Of a stretch of 64,000 bases of DNA, positions 27,139-50,486 are shown piece after piece. Source of the stretch: the human T2T-CHM13v2.0 reference genome, Homo sapiens; assembly GCF_009914755.1 (NCBI RefSeq), contig NC_060942.1; one strand, 5' to 3'. The notes beneath the pieces are model-generated. The model was given only the letters and a program-made list of their open reading frames with translations, was not told the DNA's origin and did not search any database. Position numbers and translations under genes: made by a program. Every line of letters starts with the position of its first letter. Positions within the stretch are counted from its first letter, which is position 1.

Positions 27139-29888
27139 GGAAAATTCAGTCTTTACCAAGTTCAGATTGACGGGGTAATAAAATTTCAGTAACAGCTATC
27201 AATAAACAGCTGTGGAACTAAACAGAAAAAGAGGACAAGATTATAAGATTTGAAGGGGAAAAAACAACCAAATCTGTCTGTTGACTATTCTCTTTAACAA
27301 AATGTTGTTTTAGAAGTGTTGGGCTCCATGATACCTGGCTGTCCTAACTCTGGAGGCCTTGATGGCTTACCTCCTCCACTCTTCCTCTTTGTTCAACCTT
27401 CATCTTTCACCCTCATTTTTCCCTCCATTGTTTCTCCCTTTACCATTATATCAACTTGCACCTTTGTGCAAATGACTTCTAAATCATTATCTGTAATTAT
27501 GAGCTCAGTTCTGTATCTCCAACAGTCTACAGGTCATTTTCTCATGATTGCTCCACTATCCCCTCAAACACAACGAATCTAAAATTGAATTTATCTGTAG
27601 GCCTATTCTTCACAAGCAATTTCCAAACCTGACTTTGCTATTTTTACCATTCTCCCTATAATCCAGGCTCAACCTCTTTAGAGTCATCTGACTATTGCCT
27701 CTCTCTTTGGTTCCCCATCTTTTCCCTGCCAATAAAGTTCCATTAATTCTTCTTTTCTCATTCTCATGCCCCAATTTTGGGCTTCAATCATTTCTGGACT
27801 ATTACAATAATAACAATTTTAAAAAACTGTCCAATCTCACTGTCTCTCCAATCTTTTCCCATGCTAACCCATCTTCCACACACCAGATTCATCTTCTTCA
27901 TTCATCCTAGCACGGTCTTATTTATAAATATTTAATAGCCACAACAGTGTAAAGGCAATCCAAAATCCTTAGCCTACCAATCAAATCCTCCACAATCTAA
28001 CGCTAATATTTCCTTCCAACCTTATCTTCCTTGTTTCCCCAAACATGTCATAGCCAGTCATGTCTCCACCCTCTATTCACGTTATCCTCCACTCCTCTTG
28101 AGTACCCTCTACCTAAATCCTATCCATCCATTATAAAACATACTTTGGCTCTCTCAACTCACAGTGACTTCTTTCTCTCAATTTCCAAGAACATACATTA
28201 TCTAAACAATCATCTGGAATTTATCACATTTTCTCAATCTGTGAAGTGTTTAGCTTTGTTTCTGTGTATATATGTGAGACAAGGTTTTGTCTTCCATTAA
28301 ATAGATTGGACTCTCAGGGAAAGAGTCATGACTTATATTTCCTTGTATCCTCCACATGTAAATAAAGGTCCCCACCAAATGAAGCTATAGCAAGAGGCCA
28401 GAAGATGATTTAAAGAAAAAGAAAGCTACTAAACCCTCCCTATAACACCACTCATGTAATAAGGAGATCGAAAAGCAAAATAAAATCAAAAATATATGAA
28501 AACTGGATAAATATTAAAAGATAAATCAGACTTCTTAGAAGTTATAGAAATCCTTACTACAAGATATATTCTAATTCCTTCCACTTATCTCGTTTAATAA
28601 AATGTTTTAAAATCTATTACGCATCAACCTTCTTTACTATCTCTCAATATAAAGAGCATCCATAATGTGGTGAGACATTTCAAACAACCCACAATAGTCT
28701 TATTTCCTGGTCAGGGATGCTTACAACAATTCTGAAAGCTTTGGGAAGCTTGTTGTAAAACCCATACACGTGGAAAAATACAAATAAACAGAAATTTAGA
28801 GTAACTGAAATGCACGTTAATTTTAAACAATCTACATTAATTTTCCTTTGATTCAAGATGCGATTTTTGAATTGTATTATTTCTTTGAATGGTATTATTT
28901 TGTTTCCTTAATCTTAATCCCCAAAATTGAGCATATCTAACATTATTTCACCGAAGACATTGTGAAATCCTGTCCATATACATGCTCCCTGAAACCTTAT
29001 TTTAGAGATTATGTGGTTTTGTTTGGACCAAGAAATATTATATAACCCTTAGTTGTTCAGAAACTCTGAACAACTTTGATACATTTACAGAGGAAATGTA
29101 TCAAACCTAAGAATTCCAATTATTTACAGATAACTGTATTATCAACCACTTAACTATTTTTAAAATGGGATTGTGGTTTTTCATGTCATAAAACCCTCTT
29201 TAGAATGTTTTACAAGTGACAATGTTAAGTGCCACACCACCAAAAAGACAGTTACAATAACTGTATGGTACGTACTTTTGTAACCAATAATACAATAAAA
29301 TAAGTTAACACTGTAATTACCTATGACCAATTATCTTGGTTTTTTACAATAGTTTAGCAAAAAGTTCCTTCAAACTCAAATCACCTATGAAATTTTGGCT
29401 CAAAAATCACTTCCTCAATAGCAATTCTCCGTTATCATTTTCAAGGCTAAAAACTAAACCCCTAGGAGCTAAATCGCAAAAAGGAAAAAAAATGCAAAGT
29501 AGTCTTTCCAATTTAACTGTCAAACGGATCAGAAAGATTAACATTAATTACTACGATCGCCATTCAACAAACTGTATACATTGCAGTAACTCTGACGTGA
29601 TAACTTTTTATAGGATGCCTGCAATAGCAGTTTGTAAGTATCTTTCGGGTACTCATGAACTGAGTCAGAATTAAAAGTTCAGAGTAGTTAGTACAGAGCC
29701 AGTCAAATGGCAAATAGGACCACACCATGAGATGTTAATGGTACTCCAAGATTCTTCAGGAAACAGAAATCTAGCATTTTCCAAGACGATTATGCACACC
29801 TGAGACTTTTGCAGCGAACCAGACTAATGCAAGAGGAAGGAAAGACATGCAAAACCCCAGACAAGCAAAAGAGAACAGCGCTACTCAC

Positions 29889-29981
29889 CAGCAAACAATC
29901 CGAATTCACTTCCGATTTGGGATCCCGCAGCAGGTTGTCCATTTTTTCAAATCGAGTCTCAAAACTGTCCCCAGTCGACAT
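29889..29981 (-). CDS. ROCK1: ROCK1 coding exon 1 (31 codons, phase-0 donor); the remaining exons lie beyond position 1 of the window
   Basis: The minus strand reads AAC ATG TCG ACT GGG GAC ... GAT TGT TTG CTG|GTGAGTAG, giving MSTGDSFETRFEKMDNLLRDPKSEVNSDCLL, the recognised ROCK1 N-terminus. It is 93 nt, has A at -3 of the ATG and a canonical GTGAGT donor at 29888-29883. Confidence 0.97.
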
Positions 29982-30922
29982 GTTGCTGCTGCTGTGACAA
30001 TGCCCTCTTACCAGCACCAGCAGCGGAAAGCAATTTCAACCAACTTCCTCCGCGGTGGGTTCGCAGCCGCGGGGCGGAGGAGCCGGAACCTCAGGGTCAC
30101 CAGGTGCGCCCGGTTCCCCCGTCTTCCCCTCACTGAGGGGACCTCCGCTCTCCAGACCCCGGGCCGGGGGCAACAGCGACCCACAGCCGCTCGGACGCCC
30201 AAAGTCGCATCCCACCCGGCAGCCCCTCACGACAGCCGACAGCGCCGTCGCCACCAGCCTCGTCGCTCCGGCGAGGTGCTTCAGTCTAGCGGGCCCCGGC
30301 CGCCGTCGCCATGGAGGGGTCCCCGTCCCGAGATGGGCAGGAGCGGGTAGAGAAAGAGAAGCAGGGTGGAGACTCCCTCCGGGCAACAAGGGAGGGAGAA
30401 GAGGAAAGGCGAAAGCAAAGGGCGGGTGAGGAGCTGTGCCAGCTGCGGCCGCCGCTCGGGCCACGGGCCGGGCCCGCTCCGCTCAGAGGCGCTGTAGACG
30501 GTCTAGCCCCGCGTCCCCGGCTCTACTCGGCCCGGCCCGACGCACCGATCAGTCTCGGCCACGAGCTGGTCCACGCAGGACAGCCTCACTCTCCCATTTT
30601 GTCCCGTCGCTGCTGGGGCTGCTGCTACGGTGTCCGGTGGGGCAGGGCGAGGTCGATGCCCGATGGAGACTTAGCAGAGGAAAGGCTGGAGAGCGGGCGA
30701 AGAGGAAGACGATAGTTGGGTCCCGGCGGCTGCTGATGGGGGAGCTTCTGGGAGGGGCTGCGGTCCCAGCCGGGGAAAGGGCGAGTCGCGGCGGCGAATG
30801 CCTGGGGGGTGGGGCGAGGGGGGCTGAGAGGGACTAATATGTCCGCCTTCCTGTTCAAACAAACGGAGACCGCCGGGGCAGACTGCGCATGCGGGGCGCG
30901 GACGCTCGGAAGGGGAACCAGC
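29982..30922 (-). other. ROCK1: ROCK1 5' UTR (non-coding part of exon 1), about 0.94 kb and very GC-rich; TSS approximate
   Basis: Contiguous with the coding part of exon 1 inside the CpG island. The minus-strand sequence GCTGGTTCCCCTTCCGAGCGTCC at 30922 matches my recollection of the ROCK1 mRNA 5' end. The true TSS is probably dispersed. Confidence 0.75.
30884..30893. promoter_or_regulatory. NRF1-type motif TGCGCATGCG near the TSS
   Basis: Near-perfect match to the NRF1 consensus YGCGCAYGCGCR, located in the core promoter of a CpG island. Confidence 0.65.
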
Positions 30923-32467
30923 CGGGACCCCGCGCGCGCGCGCGCACTCTGTCGCCTCCGCAGGGTGGGGTGGGGCGGGGCGGTGAGGTGGGCGGGGCCT
31001 TGCGGGCAGGCGGTGGAGAAGGCGGACCGCTGGGAGGAGCCGAGTGCGGGTAAGCAGCTGCCGGCAAGGTTCTCGCCTTGGCCGGCTCTGAGGAGCCATG
31101 CAGGGCTCTGGAGCGGCCTTGGAGGTCCGGACGGAGGCGGAGCTCTGGCTGCTTCTGATCGCTGTCCCGGCAGATGCCCCAGCTCTGTTTCCTCTGGGTT
31201 GCAGCCAGTCCAGAGACTTCTGACGAGGAGAGAGTGCTTGTTCTCCTTGTTGCTGTTAGGGTGGGGCAATAGGTTCTTTTTTAGGCAAGAAGCCTTTTCG
31301 TCGGCAGGTACCAGCATTGAGCACCAGTGGCGTTTGGTTTTCAGTGGTACTCCATGGACAGCCCTCCGCGAGCCCCGGCGTTGAACCCATTTACGATTCA
31401 CTGGGAAAGTTCCGAAGCGCTGCAGCGCTCAGCCCTCCCACGCCAGGCGTGTGGGTCAGGGGAGCCATAAAATACTGACTCCGGAAGATACAGTCAATAG
31501 AAGTCAAGCTCAATTTAATTTTTTTAAAGGAAAATAATCTCGTAGAAAAAAATCAATATTTTTAAGTCGTTCGTGTTAGTTCTCATAACACCCCTACTGT
31601 AGTTCTCTCCTGGACGTGTAATGCTGCCGTTTCAATGTCAAAACATTCAGTGAAACTTAATTGTGATTTTTATCAGAACTAATGTAGGACATGAGAATAA
31701 TGGGCATTTCTCCTAGTTCCGTTACTTCGTTGACTGTGGTGTGAGGAAAGGTGAAAGACTTGTCACTCACCCCCGCTGATAAAGTTATGTTCTTCACTGG
31801 TTTCAGCAGGAAATCTACCTTAATTTATTCCTCATCAAACTTTATTTTTGCTCAGAAGCCAAATTAAGGATCACTAGAAATAGAAAATGTGGATCTTTTA
31901 CCCCATGATGGAAAATGCTACAGATGAACCAAAAAGCATCGGAGTAAAAAGCATCGTACAGCATCTGAACAGTCCACCAGCCTTACGATGTGAGTCAGAG
32001 GTTAGGAAAATCTTACACTGTTTGAAAAAATGTCTATTTCTATTTTCAATTTATTAAATACAAGAAATATTTAGATATAAAATCCACTATATATATCAAG
32101 ATAGGACGTTCTTGGTTTATACAAAAATCATAACAAAGACAACTAGACAAACCAGGTATTTCATTAAATGCCTTTGCAGCGACTTTTCTTGGCTCCAGCA
32201 TTTTAAGTCATGTGAATTAGACTTATTTTTAAGCATAGGGCTTAAAATAAATCAGGCAGTTGCCCTAAAATAAATTTCCTAAACCCTGCTTGTCTTTTTT
32301 TTATTATTATTACCATTTTTAGGTATTAGGAATTTTGTTGTTTCTCAGAGAACCGTGAACATTATGTTGCTTTCCATTTAGACACATACGAAAAAATACA
32401 AGTAGTTAAGACAATACATGAGTGACACTGATAAATATAAGTGGAAGTGATAACCAACCTGGCAGAA

Positions 32468-33269
<802 letters not shown>

Positions 33270-33325
33270 AACTTTTTTTAATAAAGAGGTCCTCACCTTT
33301 AATAGGGTGGAATCATATTATATTA

Positions 33326-34918
<1,593 letters not shown>

Positions 34919-35245
34919 AATTATTAAAAAAAATTTACAAAGTTGACAACTCTCTGTAAATATATAGACTAAACTAGTTATATCTTAATTTTTCTGAATT
35001 TTGGAATTCAGGCATCTGGAAACATTTAGTGTAGATGAGAGTCATGCTAGAACCTAATGAAGAGACTGCAGTGCTGAAAGAATTTGAATGAGGCATATTT
35101 GGGAGAGATCATGGAAACATCAGAAAGATTTGGGTGTAGACTTCTGTATAGTAAAAGACAATTAAGCTGAGCATTCCTTTGCTTTTGGTCATTTGGTAGG
35201 AAATAGGCTTGGTATCATGTTCGTGAATTTCTCTAATAAACATTG

Positions 35246-35735
35246 ATGTGTTAGCTAGCCTCCAAAGATTGCCCCCAATGAACTATGTCTCCAATATTCA
35301 CACCCTTGTGGCATTCCCTCCCACACTGAATCCGGGCTGGGGTCTTGTGACCTGCTTTAACCAGTACAATGCAGCAAAAGTAGCACTGTGCCAGCAGGAG
35401 GCCTAAGCTCTGAGGGTGCCTGGCAGCTAACAGTTTTATGCTCTGGGAAGTCAGACTAAACTGAGATCACCATGGTGTGAGGAAACCCAAGCTAAGTAAC
35501 CACATGAACAGATCACATGGAAGACAACCAAAGAATCCTACAGACCTTGAGAACAGAGACCCCAGACTGGCCCATTCCAGCAGCCCCCAAGCTTTGATGG
35601 CACGTAGAATAAGAAACAAGCTGATCCCTCCAAGCTCTCTGCCCATACTGCAGAATCATGGGCAAATAATAAAATGGTTGATACTTTGAGCCACTAGGTT
35701 TTGGCATAGTTTTACAGCAATACAAGACAAAACAG
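35246..35735 (+). mobile_element. MaLR LTR (MLT1F/G-like)
   Basis: Runs from tgtg...gcctccaaagattgcccccaatga to tttgagccactaggttttggcatagttt...aaca. Confidence 0.7.
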
Positions 35736-37946
35736 TTGAATTTCAGAAAAGAATTAATCATAAGTAAATATATAGAGAGATATATGTTGGGAATGCCTTT
35801 TATACTTCTTTATATTACCCACTATGAAAGGAAGCTGCCCACAATAGACCCTTGGTAAAGGAATGACAGACTAACTCATGTTAATCTTCACTTCAGTGGA
35901 AACTCTGTCCAAAAGAAATGTAAAAGCTTTTTAAACAAATTAAAGAATGATTTCAGGTGTTTTAAGTTATTACAAAATTATCATATTCTCATATAAACAC
36001 ATTCTACCTATGTTTTTCTATTTCCTCAATTTAGAAGATAATCATGTTTATTCTATTTCAAAAACATACCAAAAATGCAGGTATGATCACACATCAATTC
36101 TAATTCAGTGCTATAAATTGCATGTTATTTCAAAAATGCATACCACAAACGTGTTAACAATGTGATGTGGCTAAGTTCCTATAGAAACTTTAGCTAACAT
36201 TTCCAAGAAAGTATGATACTTATTATGTTTAATATAACTTTCCAAAGGGCAATACCTTTTTTATTCACATAGAATAACTTCACTTGATACTGAACAACTT
36301 TAGTAAACAGAAAGTTGTAAAAAATTAAGTTCAGTTCTGTTTTAACAGGTTGGTTTTATATGATTAATATTTACCCATAAGTAGTTTATCTGTGTGTATT
36401 TTCCTAGATCTGAAAAGCGAATCAAGAGAGTATGTTCCTTTACCTAAGAGTACTCCTTTTGAGATCAGTCAAGCTTTTCTTTCCACAAGACATTCAGGCG
36501 TGGGAGTAAATGTATTTTGACATTTTTAGATCTACTATGGCCTTGATGCTGCCTACGCAGAGTTGGGGATGTAGGCATCTATCAAGATTACAGCAAGGAA
36601 AAGTGTAGGGCAAGCTGTGAGCACAGAGTACCCTTAAGACTTCTCCTGACTCACCCTGGAATGCCTTCCTCTAACATCTGTTTTTTATTTCTTAGAAGCT
36701 GCTATTCCATTCAACTGCAAAAATACTTGCACTGACCCTAGAAACAGAATGAAGAAATAGAGGGAAAAGGATTTTTGTAAAACAATTACTTCCCTGCTTG
36801 ATGCCATTGCCATTTTGATAACACTACTGTTATCAAACTCACAACCCCGAGCATGCAAATGGCTGATATTACAATTTATTCTAAGGGTGGGGGCTGTTAT
36901 GTTTGTGGAATTTCTGAGATAGTTGGTATGTGGCCATAATAAGAGAAGGAAGCCCAGATCAAGGAGTTACACATAGCTGGTTACATACTCTTTCTCATTT
37001 TTTTGTAACAGCTTCCTATCCAGATTTCCCCCTCCTACCCAGCACCACTCCACTGAGTTCCAAGACCAAGTGTACTTTCTGTCCTATTGCTTTTTAGGTT
37101 CTGACATCTTCCTCTTTAATGTTCCTAAACTGGTGACTTGCCTTTTTTTGGCAGTGACGGGCTCGTCACTCAATATCTACTTCTCTTTTTTATTTGTCAT
37201 AACTTTTATCACTCATCTCAGTCCCAACTTTCAGACTTCCATACCAAACACTTGGAAACAGAAAAATGTTTCTGACATTTCACTGTTTTCCCCTCCCTTC
37301 TATCATTCAAATACCTCCTGAAATGTAACCTCCTCCCTAAAAATCTCTCTAACTGGAAGAGAGACACTGATTCCTTATGCCCACCCATATTTATATAAAT
37401 GTTACCCTTACACTCTCTGTGTTCTTTCTTAATAGCCATGATAACTCATACACTTTACCCCTTTTAATTTGCAGTGTAAATACTCTGCTAGTTGAATTTA
37501 TACATTTGTTTTTGTTTATGTGTTCTTGTCATTGCTGCTTCATACATTCCCTAGGGCATAGGCTAGGACGTTAAAAGCAATAATCATGTTTTTCTTTTCA
37601 TTGTAAAAATAGTTCATGCTTATTTTTAAAATTTTGGAAAATATGGAAAAGTAAGCAGAGAACAAAAATCACCCATATTCCCACCACCCAATTACCATCA
37701 CTGTTGATGTTTTTGGAGTTTCCCTTTTCATCTTTTTTCTCCCTCTGCAATTGTTTGTTCATTTTATATGCTATATGTATAATTATTGTATACATTTTTA
37801 CAGCGTACAGTCTTATATTTACTCTAATTGTAACTTTTGAAACCTGCATAATATTCCATTCTAGAAATTTACCATAGTTTGCTTAACCATTACTCTGTTC
37901 ATCTATAAATAATGCTACTATAAACATCTTTGTACATAAAGTTGGG

Positions 37947-38778
<832 letters not shown>

Positions 38779-38854
38779 GTTTTTTGTTTGTTTGTTTGTT
38801 TTAATTTGGTAATACAAGTTTATGCTCCCACTATTAGTAGTTGCATGCCTTCTT

Positions 38855-39171
38855 ATTTATTTTTATTTATTATTTATTTTTTATTTTTTTGAGATAGAGT
38901 CTCACTCTGTTGCCCAGGCTGGAGTGCAGTGGCCGATCTCTGCTCACTGCAACCTCCATCTCCTGGATTCAAGCAATTCTCCTGCCTCAGCCTCCTGAGT
39001 CGCTGGGACTACAGGGCGCATCATCAAGCCTGGCTAATTTTTTGTATTTTTAGTAGAGACAGGGTTTCCCCACATTGGCCAGGCTAGTCTCGAACTCCTG
39101 AGCTCAGGTGATCCGCCTGCCTGAGCATCCCAAAGTGCTGGAATTACAGGTGTGAGCCACCACGCCTAGCC
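38855..39171 (-). mobile_element. AluS
   Basis: Antisense Alu with a (ttta)n-like tail. Confidence 0.85.
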
Positions 39172-39495
39172 TTCGCGCCTTTTATTTTTTCCTCAGCACT
39201 GGGTGTGTTACTATTTACATCTGAGCTCATTGTTCTATTGATTTGCATATCATTGATTATTATGAGGTTGGATATGTGTTCCATATGTTTGTCAATTAGT
39301 TGTTTTTGTTTTTTTTGCATTAATTTACATTCTGTGCCTATTCATCAATTGACTCAGAATTTTTCTTATTGATTTGTATGAATATAAATACAATACTAAC
39401 CTTTATCAATTGCACATTCTTACCAATTTTTTTATTTATTTTTAAATTCTGAGTATATTTTTGACAACCAAAACGTTTACTTTTTTAAACAATTT

Positions 39496-39577
39496 AATTT
39501 GTGTGTCATTCTTGCACAGGAGCCATGCTAATCTCTGTATCTTTCAATTACAGTATATGTGCTGCCCAAGTGAGCAT
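39496..39577 (-). pseudogene. RNU6 pseudogene: U6 snRNA retrocopy, 3'-truncated and diverged
   Basis: The reverse complement ATGCTCACTTGGGCAGCACATATACTGTAATTGAAAGATACAGAGATTAGCATGGCTCCTGTGCAAGAATGACACACAAATT aligns to U6 nt 1 to about 86. The last ~20 nt are missing. Confidence 0.9.
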
Positions 39578-39600
39578 TTCTTTTGCTGTTTTTATGTTTA

Positions 39601-39942
<342 letters not shown>

Positions 39943-40486
39943 TTAATATATTTTTATTTCTATTTACTTTTGTCCCCGCACTCTCCCACCATGGCTTGGT
40001 TTTCCATATTTTATTTTTAATTATAAGTGAATATATTTTGATGTATTAAAGAAGGTGAGAATCTATTGTACTTTTTCAAATTGCTAAACAATTCTATTAA
40101 TACCATCTATTAAATAAGTTTGTCTTAATGATTCATTGTGATACTTTCATTAACAAGGATGAATTATGTGTAACTATATTCCTGCTCTCTTCTATTTCAT
40201 TGTAAATATATTTATTCTACTAGTATAGTAATATAACTATAGTCATATGGTGTGTTTTGATAGCCCAGAAAATCTAGTCTTCTTTTGTTACTTTTCTTCT
40301 TTAAAAAGTTATTTTAACTTGTTATTCTTACATACGAATTTTGGAATAAGTTTTCAAGTTCTTCCTCACTGTACCCCCATTCCACTGCCATTTTAACTGA
40401 AAATATTTTAAATTATAATTTAATTTGAAAAGAAATATTTATGCTATTCCCAATCAATAATTGGTAACTTTTATTCAAAAAAATTA

Positions 40487-49676
<9,190 letters not shown>

Positions 49677-50486
49677 CAAAATTTTTTCTTACATCAAATA
49701 TCAGGATGTGACTTCCTATTCGGATCAAAATGGAGCACATCCACTATGACCTATATCTTCTGCTGATTATAACTAAAAACTCTGGACAAAATTTAAAAAA
49801 AATCTGAGGACTCTTGAAAGTAAAACAGGCAAATAGTGATGTGGAGTCAAAACTTGAAGAAGCAACACATATGAGAATGACTTCTCATTTTTCCCCCTTT
49901 TCTCCTGTGGCTGTGCCCCAAGGGCAGGCCTCAAGTGCAGAACTTCTTAGTAGCAGTGATCCAGGCAATTAACACTTTTAAAAGAAACCTTATCTTTCTG
50001 CACAGAACTGGAAAAAGGGATCTCCATGGGACAGAGTGTAGAAGGAATCCTGGAGAGAAGTGTACCGGAGAACAGGATGTCTTAATAATATATAAGAAAC
50101 TATACAAATCCATGTTTACCTTTGAGGTGCATATGCATGGGACTAGACCTAAGACAACATAGCAAAGGTTTGAGAATTGAACTAATATGTAAACCACCAC
50201 CCAAGTCTCAGACTAACTTCTTAGAAGTATGTGTGTTGAACAGACCCAAAGCAGCATTCACTACACTTTGAAAACTGAACTGAGATTGGAACACTGCCCA
50301 CAGAAAGTGATTTTTAAAACATGCCGTCTGAAGCTTACTGGAGTGATTGCCTGCTAAAATGATAAAGTAATAATAACATCCCCTAGAGAATTTTGATAGG
50401 ACTTATATCCACACAATTTGATATTCGAAAAGTCCAGAATACAATTCAAACTTACTCAACAAAAAACCAGAAAAATGTGACCAGTT

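Larger units (their letters stand above)
29890..31450. promoter_or_regulatory. CpG island / TATA-less ROCK1 promoter
   Basis: Abrupt rise in GC and CpG density relative to the AT-rich flanks. Contains GC boxes (GGGGCGGGG 30972-30980; GGGCGGGGC about 30990-30999) and GGGTGGGG (CACCC/KLF-type) boxes. Confidence 0.92.

Noticed and set aside
29790-30017. 75 aa ORF extending the ROCK1 N-terminus through VSSAVLFCLSG...
   Set aside because: The C-terminal part is read-through into intron 1 past the GTGAGT donor. Only 29889-29981 is supported as CDS.
29847-31401. Many long overlapping ORFs (up to 258 aa) on both strands
   Set aside because: Stop-codon depletion in a CpG island gives low-complexity Arg/Pro/Gly/Ala peptides. 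They have no recognisable domains and most start at non-ATG codons.
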